64,000 nucleotides of DNA from Chloroflexota bacterium (lineage in GTDB: Bacteria; Chloroflexota; UBA11872). Shown here piece by piece: positions 47,860 to 55,809 of this stretch (position 1 is the first letter of the stretch; the number at the start of each line of letters is the position of its first letter). The DNA lies in contig JAJDUU010000052.1 in the NCBI GenBank assembly GCA_022826485.1, positions 70,692-134,691 of the forward strand. The letters are read 5' to 3'. A model generated the notes under the pieces. That model was given only the letters and a program-made list of their open reading frames with translations, made no database searches and was not told the origin of the DNA. Made by a program: the position numbers and the translations under genes.

Positions 47860-48695
47860 CAGGCGCCTATCGGGCGGAAGTCCAGCACTCGCGCGAAACC
47901 CGCCAGGTCGCGATGCACGGCATGACAGGCGAATCCGGCGGCCGCGGCCAGGGCGGAAATCCGTAGACGCTGGTCGTGAGCCACTTCGAGTAGCACGGCT
48001 AGCGGTGGTGTTTGGGCGCATTGACGCATGAGCCGTCGAAGCGCGGCAAGTCCGTCCGGGCCGCCGTCAAGCGCCAGGCGCGGCTCCCACCGCGAGACTT
48101 CCGGCTCCAGCGTCGCGAGAACGCCCGCCGGCACGTAGGGAAGGTTGGCGGTCACCACCACGTGCCGTGGACACACCGCGCGCAACCCGTCGGCTCGCAT
48201 CAGACGAAGCTTCGAGGCCACGCCCCAAGCCTCGCGGTTGCGTCGCGCGACGCTCAGCGCCGCGTCCGACACGTCACTCGCGATCACCGGCACGTCCGGC
48301 AGCTGGCGGGCCAGCGCCACCGCCACGGCGCCCGATCCCGTGCCCACGTCGATCACGGCGCGCGGACCCAGCTCGCGAGCCGCGGCGACGGTCGCCTCCA
48401 CCAGCGTCTCGGTCTCGGGGCGCGGCACCAGGATATCGGCGGTCGTTTGAATCGAGCCATCGACAAACGCCTGGCGTCCAACGATGTACGCCACCGGCTC
48501 GCGCGCCGAGCGCCGCTGGATCATGTCGTTGAACTTTCGGGCCTGGCGCTCCGTCAGGCGTCGCTCGCCGCAGAGCGGAATCCGCGCCGGCTCGACGCCC
48601 AGCACCTCGCCCAGCAGCACGTTGGCATCCAGCAGCGGCGTGTCGACGCCCGCCGCGAGCAACCGGGTCACGGCCTGTCGCCGGCACGCGTCGAC
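47856..48695 (-). CDS. prmC: Release factor glutamine methyltransferase PrmC/HemK. The start is uncertain; a GTG at 48695 is proposed.
   Basis: Carries EPVAYIVG, LVPRPETE and VIDVGTGSGAVA motifs. The catalytic motif reads NLPY rather than the canonical NPPY. It is located directly after prfA. Confidence 0.72.
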   Translation of the reverse strand, partial: VDACRRQAVTRLLAAGVDTPLLDANVLLGEVLGVEPARIPLCGERRLTERQARKFNDMIQRRSAREPVAYIVGRQAFVDGSIQTTADILVPRPETETLVEATVAAARELGPRAVIDVGTGSGAVAVALARQLPDVPVIASDVSDAALSVARRNREAWGVASKLRLMRADGLRAVCPRHVVVTANLPYVPAGVLATLEPEVSRWEPRLALDGGPDGLAALRRLMRQCAQTPPLAVLLEVAHDQRLRISALAAAAGFACHAVHRDLAGFARVLDFRPIGAW

Positions 48696-48711
48696 GGTCC
48701 CAGGCTTGGTC

Positions 48712-49779
48712 TCAGTTAACGGCAGCCTTGACCCGCTCCTCCGCCGCGCGAGCTTGCAAGGCGTCGACCAACCGATCCAAGTCGCCGTCCAGGATCCCGT
48801 CCAGATTGCGCAGCGTGAGTCCGATCCGGTGATCCGTGACACGGTCCTGCGGAAAGTTGTAGGTGCGAATCTTCTCGCTGCGGTCACCCGAGCCGATTTG
48901 GCCGCGGCGCAACTCACCGCGCTCGGCCGCCTGGCGCTCGCGCTCGGCCTGCAGCAGGCGGGCGCGCAGGATGGCCATGGCCTTGGCGCGATTCTGAAGC
49001 TGCGATTTCTCGTCCTGCATGCTCACCGAAGTGCCCGTGGGCAGGTGGGTGACGCGCACGGCGGAGTCGGTGGTGTTGACGCTCTGCCCGCCGTGGCCGC
49101 TCGAACGAAACACATCCACGCGGATGTCCGAGTCGGGGATATTCAGCTCGATGGCGTCGGCCTCGGGCAGCACGGCGACGCTGGCGGCAGACGTGTGGAT
49201 ACGCCCGCTCGCCTCCGTGACGGGAACCCGCTGCACCCGGTGCACGCCGCTCTCGTGCCGAAAGAGCCCGTAGGCGCCCTCGCCGACGACCCGCAGCACC
49301 CCCTCCTTGAGGCCGCCGATACCGGTCTCGTTCGTCGACATCACCTCGGTGCGCAGGCGGCGCCGCTCGGCCAGGCGCACGTACATCCGCAGCAGCTCTT
49401 TGGCGAAGAGGCCGGCCTCGTCCCCGCCGGTGCCGGCGCGCAGCTCGACGATGGCGTTGCGCTCGTCGTCCGGGTCGCGGCCCACAAGCCGCTCGCGCAC
49501 GTCCTCGTCGATCGCGGTCAGCTCCTCCTCGGCCGCCGCAAGCTCATCGGCGGCGAGTTCGGCGAGCTCGGGGTCGTGCGAGTCGACCAGCTCACGCGCT
49601 TCGTCGATGCGGTCCGTCAATTCCATCCATCGCTCGCGCAGCCGCACCAGCGGTGTCAGACGCGAAAGCTCCTTGGACAGCGCGGCAAGCTGCGCCGGGT
49701 CGCCGGTCACCGCTGGATCGGCGAGCTTGGTCGTGATCTCCTCGGAGCGCTCGTGCAGCGCGTGCAGCCGGTCAAGCAT
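48712..49779 (-). CDS. prfA: Peptide chain release factor 1.
   Basis: Carries the PVT tripeptide anticodon motif for RF1 and the GGQ motif (SGHGGQSVN). The start is chosen at MLDRLHAL. Confidence 0.9.
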   Translation of the reverse strand: MLDRLHALHERSEEITTKLADPAVTGDPAQLAALSKELSRLTPLVRLRERWMELTDRIDEARELVDSHDPELAELAADELAAAEEELTAIDEDVRERLVGRDPDDERNAIVELRAGTGGDEAGLFAKELLRMYVRLAERRRLRTEVMSTNETGIGGLKEGVLRVVGEGAYGLFRHESGVHRVQRVPVTEASGRIHTSAASVAVLPEADAIELNIPDSDIRVDVFRSSGHGGQSVNTTDSAVRVTHLPTGTSVSMQDEKSQLQNRAKAMAILRARLLQAERERQAAERGELRRGQIGSGDRSEKIRTYNFPQDRVTDHRIGLTLRNLDGILDGDLDRLVDALQARAAEERVKAAVN

Positions 49780-50728
49780 GCGGCACCACCACCGGCTGGG
49801 CGGCGGGCCGAAGCTGAGCCAGGTGCCCTTCGTCCTCCAGCACGCGGTCCATGGCGGCAATGGCCACCTCGACCTGGTCGTCGTCCGGCTCGCGGGTCGT
49901 CAGGCGCTGCACCCACATGCCGGGCGCCGCAATGATCCGCGCCAGCAGATTCGATCGGTAGCGCGCCGTCAGCATGATCAGCTCGAAGCCGACGCCCGCG
50001 ATGACCGGCAGCAAGGCGATTCGCGACAGCACGCGCAGGAAGAACGGCGGCCGCCCCAGAAACGCAAACACGATGATCGAAATCACCACCAGCATCACCA
50101 GAAACGCCGTGCCGCAGCGCGGGTGCGCCAGGCTCTGCCGCTGCACGTTGTCGGTCGTGAGGCGCTCGCCGGCTTCCAGAGCATTGATGGTCTTGTGCTC
50201 CGCGCCGTGATACATCCAAACGCGTCGAATGTCGGGCATGAGGCCGATGCCACCGAGGTAGGCAATGAACACGGCCAGCCGCACGCCGCCTTCGATGATG
50301 TTGCTGACGAGGTCGGACTCCACGTTCGGGTCGGCGAACGAGGTGATCACGAGCGGCAGGACGAAGAACAGCCCCACGCCGAGCGCCAATCCGAACACCA
50401 GACTGCCGGTGACGTAGGCCGAAGACTCTTCGTCCTCGGTTTCGGATCCGTCGGCTTCGGCCATCTGCACGCGCGCCGAGAAGCTGAGGGACCGCATGCC
50501 GATGACGAGCATTTCCCACACCGCCACGACGCCGCGCAGGAAATAGGCGCGGCGCAGCCGCTGCGAGAGCCGGTCGGGATCTAGCGTCTCCGCCCGCAGC
50601 ACGATGTGTCCCGCCGGATGACGCACCGCCGTGGCGAGCGCCTTCCGGCCGCGCATCATCACGCCTTCGAGCACGGCCTGGCCGCCGTAGTTGATGCGGA
50701 GCTCGTTGCTCTGCGCGTCAGCCGCCAT
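49772..50728 (-). CDS. DUF1385-domain (YqhQ-like) membrane protein.
   Basis: Carries MYHGAEHKTINALE and has multiple transmembrane helices. Overlaps the prfA start by 8 nt. Confidence 0.7.
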   Translation of the reverse strand: MAADAQSNELRINYGGQAVLEGVMMRGRKALATAVRHPAGHIVLRAETLDPDRLSQRLRRAYFLRGVVAVWEMLVIGMRSLSFSARVQMAEADGSETEDEESSAYVTGSLVFGLALGVGLFFVLPLVITSFADPNVESDLVSNIIEGGVRLAVFIAYLGGIGLMPDIRRVWMYHGAEHKTINALEAGERLTTDNVQRQSLAHPRCGTAFLVMLVVISIIVFAFLGRPPFFLRVLSRIALLPVIAGVGFELIMLTARYRSNLLARIIAAPGMWVQRLTTREPDDDQVEVAIAAMDRVLEDEGHLAQLRPAAQPVVVPHA

Positions 50729-50787
50729 CAGGTCAGCCGTTGATCATTGCGGGAAGGAGACACGGCGCACACGCCGCGCAGCCGTAG

Positions 50788-51000
50788 CTAAGCCTTGACG
50801 CGCGCTCGCCTGCGGCGTCGTTCGAACCGCTCCACCTGGCCGGCGGTGTCGACCAGTCGCTGCTGCCCCGTGAAGAACGGGTGGCACTCGGCGCACACGT
50901 CGACGTTGATGGCGGCAACCGTGGCGCGCGTCGTAAAGCTGTTGCCGCAGGCGCACGTGACGGCGCACTCGACGTAGTCGGGGTGAATATCGGGCTTCAT
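50788..51000 (-). CDS. rpmE: 50S ribosomal protein L31 (zinc-binding form).
   Basis: Starts MKPDIHPDY. Carries CACG...[12 protein letters not shown]. Confidence 0.85.
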   Translation of the reverse strand: MKPDIHPDYVECAVTCACGNSFTTRATVAAINVDVCAECHPFFTGQQRLVDTAGQVERFERRRRRARVKA

Positions 51001-51039
51001 GCAGCGTCTCCCATGGACACCGCCAAACCTATCACAGGG

Positions 51040-52077
51040 TTAGCGCCCGGCCGCACGCGGCGGCTCGGTTGGCTGGCCAATGAGCCGCCGCCGGGGCAGG
51101 CGCGCCAGGACCAGCAGCAGCACCAGCAACAGCCCCATCAGGCCGACGAACGCATAGACCTTATTCACGCGCTCCACCAGCAGCGCAATGACGCCCAGTC
51201 CGGTCGCCACCACGTAGTAGAACAGCGCCACCACGGGCTGGGCCAGGCCCGCCTCCCACAGCCGGTGATGCAGGTGCCGGGTGTCTCGCGTGCTCATGCT
51301 CCCGCCCCGGGCCACCCGTCGCACGATAGACCAGGCCACTTCCAAGATGGGGACGCCGAGCACAAGTATCGCCGTGGCGATCTTTGCCGGTCCCAGAATG
51401 GCAATCACCGCCAGACTGAACCCCAGAAAGTGCGAGCCGCTGTCGCCCATGATGATGCTGGCGCGGTAGAAGTTGAGCGGCAGAAACCCGAGCGACACAG
51501 CCGCGAGCGCCAACGCCAGCGTCGCGACGTCGGGAAGTCCCAGGCGGCTGGAGAGCACCACCAACACCAGGGCGGCAATCGTTGAGACGCCGGTCGCCAG
51601 CCCGTCCTGCCCATCCGAGAAGTTGATGGCGTTCATCATGCCGACAATCCAAAACAGCGTGAAGGGCACCACGATCACCAGCGGCAACTCAATCACGCCG
51701 CCGAGGGGATTGCTGACCGCATCGATGCGAATGCCGCAGGCCAACGGAATGGCCGCGGCCACGAGTTGCGCCAGGAACTTGTCGCGCGGACGAAGCCCCC
51801 GGATATCGTCGACGAGCATCACGCCGACGATCACCGTCGCGCCGCCGAGCAAACCGGCCAGCGCCAGGTCGTACGGCTGCGCCACCACCAGCGCCACGAT
51901 CACGAACGCCGCATACATCGCCACCCCGCCCAGCCGAGGCACCGGCTTGGCATGAATGCGATCGGGCCCGGGCTGGTGCATCCACTCGCGCCGTCGGGCC
52001 AGGGTGCGGATCGCCAGCGTCATGACGAGCATCAGGGGCGCGCCGATGGCAAGCGCGAGCCAGTTCACGTCAATCAC
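51040..52077 (-). CDS. Glycosyltransferase family 4 (MraY/WecA-type undecaprenyl-phosphate sugar-1-phosphate transferase).
   Basis: Polytopic membrane protein carrying the MraY/WecA-family motifs DD..GL, NA.NF.DG.DGLA and GDSGS. Confidence 0.75.
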   Translation of the reverse strand: MIDVNWLALAIGAPLMLVMTLAIRTLARRREWMHQPGPDRIHAKPVPRLGGVAMYAAFVIVALVVAQPYDLALAGLLGGATVIVGVMLVDDIRGLRPRDKFLAQLVAAAIPLACGIRIDAVSNPLGGVIELPLVIVVPFTLFWIVGMMNAINFSDGQDGLATGVSTIAALVLVVLSSRLGLPDVATLALALAAVSLGFLPLNFYRASIIMGDSGSHFLGFSLAVIAILGPAKIATAILVLGVPILEVAWSIVRRVARGGSMSTRDTRHLHHRLWEAGLAQPVVALFYYVVATGLGVIALLVERVNKVYAFVGLMGLLLVLLLVLARLPRRRLIGQPTEPPRAAGR

Positions 52078-52098
52078 GAGCCGCGCTCAGGCGGGACG

Positions 52099-52128
52099 AC
52101 GATTTGCATTGACCGATGAATCATCCGG
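52099..52128 (+). promoter_or_regulatory. Candidate sigma70-like promoter: TTGACC, an 18 nt spacer, then TAAGAT.
   Basis: Hexamers read directly from the sequence. It lies in the divergent intergenic region upstream of rpsU. Confidence 0.3.
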
Positions 52129-52234
52129 CTCCTAAGATAGCGAGGGCTGCTGAGAGGCGGCTGGCAGAACTGGCTGTGCGTCGCCAGGAGGCACCTTTTC
52201 CGATACCCCCAGGCGTTGATCGCGACCGACTGAA

Positions 52235-52260
52235 GCCCGCCCAAGCGGCGGGTCTTTTAT
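52235..52260 (+). terminator. Intrinsic-terminator-like hairpin: a GC stem CCCGCC/GGCGGG, a 4-nt loop, then TCTTTTATT.
   Basis: Perfect 6-bp GC stem followed by a T-rich tract, located 26 nt upstream of the rpsU TTG start, inside the rpsU leader. Confidence 0.4.
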
Positions 52261-52285
52261 TGGCGGAAACGCCGAGGAGGAGTTC

Positions 52286-52501
52286 TTGGTTCATATCACC
52301 GTAGGCGCCAACGAGAGCTTCGACGCCGCGCTGCGACGCTTCAACAAGAAGGTGCAGCAGGAAGGCATTATTACGGAGTCTCGACGGCGGAGCGCGTTCG
52401 ACAAGCCCAGCGTGCTGCGCAAGAAGAAGGCCGCGGCGAAGCGCCGCAAGGCCCGACGCGCGGCGCTCAAGGCGATGCAAGCGGAGAGCCAGGCGCTCTA
52501 G
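52286..52501 (+). CDS. rpsU: 30S ribosomal protein S21, with a TTG start.
   Basis: 71 aa, highly basic, with an S21-like sequence (ALRRFNKKVQQEGI...RRR.AFDKPS..RKKK). A GAGGAGG sequence lies 5 nt upstream. Confidence 0.8.
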   Translation: MVHITVGANESFDAALRRFNKKVQQEGIITESRRRSAFDKPSVLRKKKAAAKRRKARRAALKAMQAESQAL

Positions 52502-52541
52502 CGCGAATCGGCGCCGGCAGCGGCGCACCCCTATCCCTCGC

Positions 52542-52994
52542 ATGAGCTTGCTCGACCGAATCTCCGGCGACCTTACGTCCGCGCAACGCGGCCGCGACCA
52601 GCCACGCGTGCGGCTTCTGCGGACGCTCCGGTCGGCCATCGCCTACGAGGCCAAGGACAAGCAGCAGGACGCCGACGACGACCTGGTGCGCGCGGTGCTG
52701 GCGCGCGAGTCTCGCCGGCGCGAAGAGGCCATCGAGCTATTCCAGTCCGGCGGGCGCGCGGACAAGGCCGCGGACGAGCAGGCGGAGCTCGCGGTCATCG
52801 CGACCTACCTGCCTCCCGTCATCGACGCCGAGGCCATCGAGGCGGCGGCGCGCGCCGTCATCGACGAGACGGGCGCTTCCGGACCGGGCGACATGGGCCG
52901 CGTAATGGGACCGTTGATGGCCCGGCTGCGCGCCCAGGGCACCGTGGACGGCAAAGCCGTGAGCGCGACGGTGCGCGCCCTGCTCACCGATTAG
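52542..52994 (+). CDS. GatB/YqeY-domain protein.
   Basis: 150 aa. Sits in the conserved position after rpsU and carries a YqeY-like C-terminus (IATYLP...GKAVSATVRALL). Confidence 0.72.
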   Translation: MSLLDRISGDLTSAQRGRDQPRVRLLRTLRSAIAYEAKDKQQDADDDLVRAVLARESRRREEAIELFQSGGRADKAADEQAELAVIATYLPPVIDAEAIEAAARAVIDETGASGPGDMGRVMGPLMARLRAQGTVDGKAVSATVRALLTD

Positions 52995-53455
52995 TGAATC
53001 GGGCGGCCCTCACGCTGGAACTGGTCGACGCGCAGGACGTGCCCGAACCATTGCGCGCACTGGCGACCCACGTCGCCACGGCGGTCTCCGACGCTACCGG
53101 CTTGCGGGGGGCCGTTGCGCTGAGGATTTGCAGCGATGCCGAGATGCGGCAGCTCAACCGGCAGTTCCGCAAGGTCGACCATGCCACCGACGTGCTCGCC
53201 TTCCCACCCGGCGCCGCCGGGCCTGGAACCGACTCGATTGGTGACGTGGCGCTCTCGTATGAGCGCGTGGTCGAACAGGGGCGCGTGCACGGGCATGGCG
53301 CCGAGCGTGAGTTTGCCTATCTCATTACCCATGCCCTCCTCCACCTCAGCGGCCATGCACACGACAGCGCATCCGGCTACGCGTGCATGCGGCGCGTCGA
53401 GGAGCAGATCCTGGCGTCCATTGGGCTGACGCGCGACCGAATCTCGGCGGCATAA
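52994..53455 (+). CDS. ybeY: rRNA maturation endoribonuclease YbeY.
   Basis: Carries the metal-binding motif HALLHLSGHAHD (HxxxHxxGxxH) and DVLAFP. Confidence 0.8.
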   Translation: MNRAALTLELVDAQDVPEPLRALATHVATAVSDATGLRGAVALRICSDAEMRQLNRQFRKVDHATDVLAFPPGAAGPGTDSIGDVALSYERVVEQGRVHGHGAEREFAYLITHALLHLSGHAHDSASGYACMRRVEEQILASIGLTRDRISAA

Positions 53456-53458
53456 GCA

Positions 53459-54313
53459 ATGCGCCGCCTCACCCGTGCGGCCCCGGCCAAAATCAACCTC
53501 GGACTGCAGATCACCGGCCGCCGCCCCGACGGATTTCACGAGATCGTGACCGTGATGCAGACGCTGGAGCTGATCGACGACGTGAGCGTGGAGTGCGCCG
53601 CAACCGTGAGCGGCCCACCGTCGCTTCCCGACCTGGCGCCGGAGGACGACCTGGCGCTGCGAGCGGCGCATCTGCTGCGTCGAGAGCTTGGGGTGACGTC
53701 CGGCGCGCGTGTGAGCGTCGAGAAACGAATTCCGGCCGCCGCCGGACTGGGAGGCGGCAGCGCCGACGCCGCCGCGGTGCTCACGGCGCTGAACCGCCTG
53801 TGGAACACCGACGTTGATCATTCGCGGCTCGTGCAGTTCGCGGCGGAGCTGGGCTCCGACGTGCCGTTCTTTGTGCGTGGCGGAACGGCGCTGGCCACCG
53901 GGCGCGGCGAAGTCCTGCACCGGCTGCCGCCGGCTCCCATGCGTCACGTCGTTCTCGTGCGACCAGGCATTTCCCTGGCAACTGCCGCTGTCTATGGCGA
54001 GTTGCGGCCTTCCGAGTGGAGCAACGGTGAGCGAACCACGAGCCTGGCCGGTGCGATTAGGGTCGGGGATCTGCCCGAAGACCTCATGTGCAATGACCTC
54101 ACACCGGCCGCCGTCAGGCTGGCGCCGGTGGTCGGCGACATCCTCGATGAGCTGCGCGCGGCGGGCGCCCGTCCGGCGCTGATGGCCGGCAGCGGCGCCA
54201 CCTGTTTTGGCCTGTTCGGCGACATTTCGACGGCCGAGAGCGCTGTCGAACGCGGGCATGCCGCCGGCCATTGGACGCACCTCACCCGATTTCGTCCGGC
54301 TGCCGACGCGTAG
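53459..54313 (+). CDS. ispE: 4-diphosphocytidyl-2-C-methyl-D-erythritol kinase.
   Basis: Starts PAKINLGLQITGRRPDGFHE. Has a GHMP kinase motif (IPAAAGLGGGSADAAAVL). Confidence 0.85.
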   Translation: MRRLTRAAPAKINLGLQITGRRPDGFHEIVTVMQTLELIDDVSVECAATVSGPPSLPDLAPEDDLALRAAHLLRRELGVTSGARVSVEKRIPAAAGLGGGSADAAAVLTALNRLWNTDVDHSRLVQFAAELGSDVPFFVRGGTALATGRGEVLHRLPPAPMRHVVLVRPGISLATAAVYGELRPSEWSNGERTTSLAGAIRVGDLPEDLMCNDLTPAAVRLAPVVGDILDELRAAGARPALMAGSGATCFGLFGDISTAESAVERGHAAGHWTHLTRFRPAADA

Positions 54314-54333
54314 CGGATGCGGGATCCCATCCG

Positions 54334-54362
54334 TTGACCCGTAGGAATCCGATCTCTACGCT
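54334..54362 (+). promoter_or_regulatory. Candidate promoter for the tRNA-Gln: TTGACC, a 17 nt spacer, then TACGCT.
   Basis: Hexamers read from the sequence. The predicted +1 is about 7-9 nt before the tRNA 5' end. Confidence 0.35.
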
Positions 54363-54371
54363 GAAACCGGA

Positions 54372-54443
54372 TGGGGAGTAGCCAAGGGGTAAGGCAGCGG
54401 ACTTTGAATCCGCGATTCGGAGGTTCGAATCCTCCCTCCCCAG
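54372..54443 (+). tRNA. tRNA-Gln (anticodon UUG).
   Basis: Manual cloverleaf folding gives a 7-bp acceptor stem TGGGGAG/CTCCCCA (U1-A72 as in E. coli tRNA-Gln), a D-arm GCC-AAGGGGTAA-GGC, an anticodon stem GCGGA/TCCGC with loop CUUUGAA, a variable loop GATTC and a T-arm GGAGG-TTCGAAT-CCTCC, with discriminator G. The CCA end is not encoded. Confidence 0.85.
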
Positions 54444-54456
54444 CCGTGAGCCGCAC

Positions 54457-55788
54457 ATGACGTGTACAGCCGTAATCCTGGCCGCCGGACGCGGTGTGCG
54501 CATGGCCGAATCAGGCCCCAAGGTGCTGCACCAGGTCGCCGGCTGGCCGCTGGTGACGCACGTGGTGGCAACCGCGCGCGAAGCCGGCTGCGACCCGATC
54601 GTGGTGGTCGCCTCGGCGGAGGTCGACCTGCGCGATGCCGTGGGCGAGGACGTGCGCATAGTCGAGCAGCCGCCCGACGACTATGGAACCGCGGCGGCCG
54701 CGCAGGCCGCCGGGGTTTGGGAAGCCCCGGGAACCGCCGTGGTCATGTTCGGCGACTCCCCGTTGCTCACGCCACAAACCGTGCGCGATATGGCCGCCAG
54801 GCGCGACGAGCGCGACGCGGCGATCGTCGTGGGGTGGACCCAGGCGCCTGCGCCGGGAAGCTACGGCCGGGTCGTGATGGCCGATGACGGGTCGGTGCAG
54901 GCGATCGTCGAGGCCGCCGATGCCGATCCGGACACCTACGCCCTGACGTCGTGCAACTCCGGATTGATGGCGTTCGACGCCGAATGGCTTGGCACGGCCC
55001 TTCCGCGGGTGCCCCAGAGTCCCGCGACGGGCGAGCGCTACCTGACGGCCGCGGTCGAGCTCGCCATCGCGGACGGCCGACGAGTGGCCTCACACTTGAT
55101 TGTCGACCCCACGGAGACCATCGGCTGTGACGACCTCTCCCGTCTGGCAGCGGCCGAGCAGGTCATGCAGGACCGCCTGCGTCAGGCGCTCATGGCGGGG
55201 GGCGTCCAGCTGCGTAATCCAGCCACGACCCACCTCCACCGTGGCGTGAGGGTTGGTCCGGGCTCGGTGCTGCTGCCGGGAACCTCGCTCGAGGGCGCCA
55301 CCACCATCGGCGCCGGATCGACCATCGGTCCGAACAGCCGGCTCATCGACGCGACCGTGGGCGAGGTCTGCGTCGTCGAGTCGTCGCGGGTGTCCGCATC
55401 GAGCCTCGGCGATCGCGTTGTCGTCGGCCCGTTCGCACACGTGCGCGACGGTTGCGAAATCGGGGCCGACAGTCACCTGGGATCACAGACCGAGCTCAAG
55501 GCCGCCAAACTGGGAAGCCGCGTGCACGTGCACCATTTCGGCTATCTTGGAGACGTGGCGATTGGCGATGGGGCAAACATCGGCGCCGGTACGGTGACGT
55601 GCAACTTCGATGGGACGGCCAAGCACCGCACCGTGATCGGGGCTGACGCCTTCATCGGCAGCAACACCATGCTGATCGCCCCCGTGACGGTTGGCGAGGG
55701 CGCGCGAACCAGCGCCAGCGCCGTCGTCACACGGGATGTCCCGCCGGGCATGTTGGCGGTGGGCATTCCGGCGCGAATCCGTCGCTAG
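54457..55788 (+). CDS. glmU: Bifunctional UDP-N-acetylglucosamine pyrophosphorylase / glucosamine-1-phosphate N-acetyltransferase.
   Basis: N-terminal nucleotidyltransferase region (AVILAAGRGVRM...PKVLH) and C-terminal left-handed beta-helix hexapeptide repeats. Confidence 0.85.
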   Translation: MTCTAVILAAGRGVRMAESGPKVLHQVAGWPLVTHVVATAREAGCDPIVVVASAEVDLRDAVGEDVRIVEQPPDDYGTAAAAQAAGVWEAPGTAVVMFGDSPLLTPQTVRDMAARRDERDAAIVVGWTQAPAPGSYGRVVMADDGSVQAIVEAADADPDTYALTSCNSGLMAFDAEWLGTALPRVPQSPATGERYLTAAVELAIADGRRVASHLIVDPTETIGCDDLSRLAAAEQVMQDRLRQALMAGGVQLRNPATTHLHRGVRVGPGSVLLPGTSLEGATTIGAGSTIGPNSRLIDATVGEVCVVESSRVSASSLGDRVVVGPFAHVRDGCEIGADSHLGSQTELKAAKLGSRVHVHHFGYLGDVAIGDGANIGAGTVTCNFDGTAKHRTVIGADAFIGSNTMLIAPVTVGEGARTSASAVVTRDVPPGMLAVGIPARIRR

Positions 55789-55809
55789 CGGAGTAGGTGG
55801 GAGGCCTCC

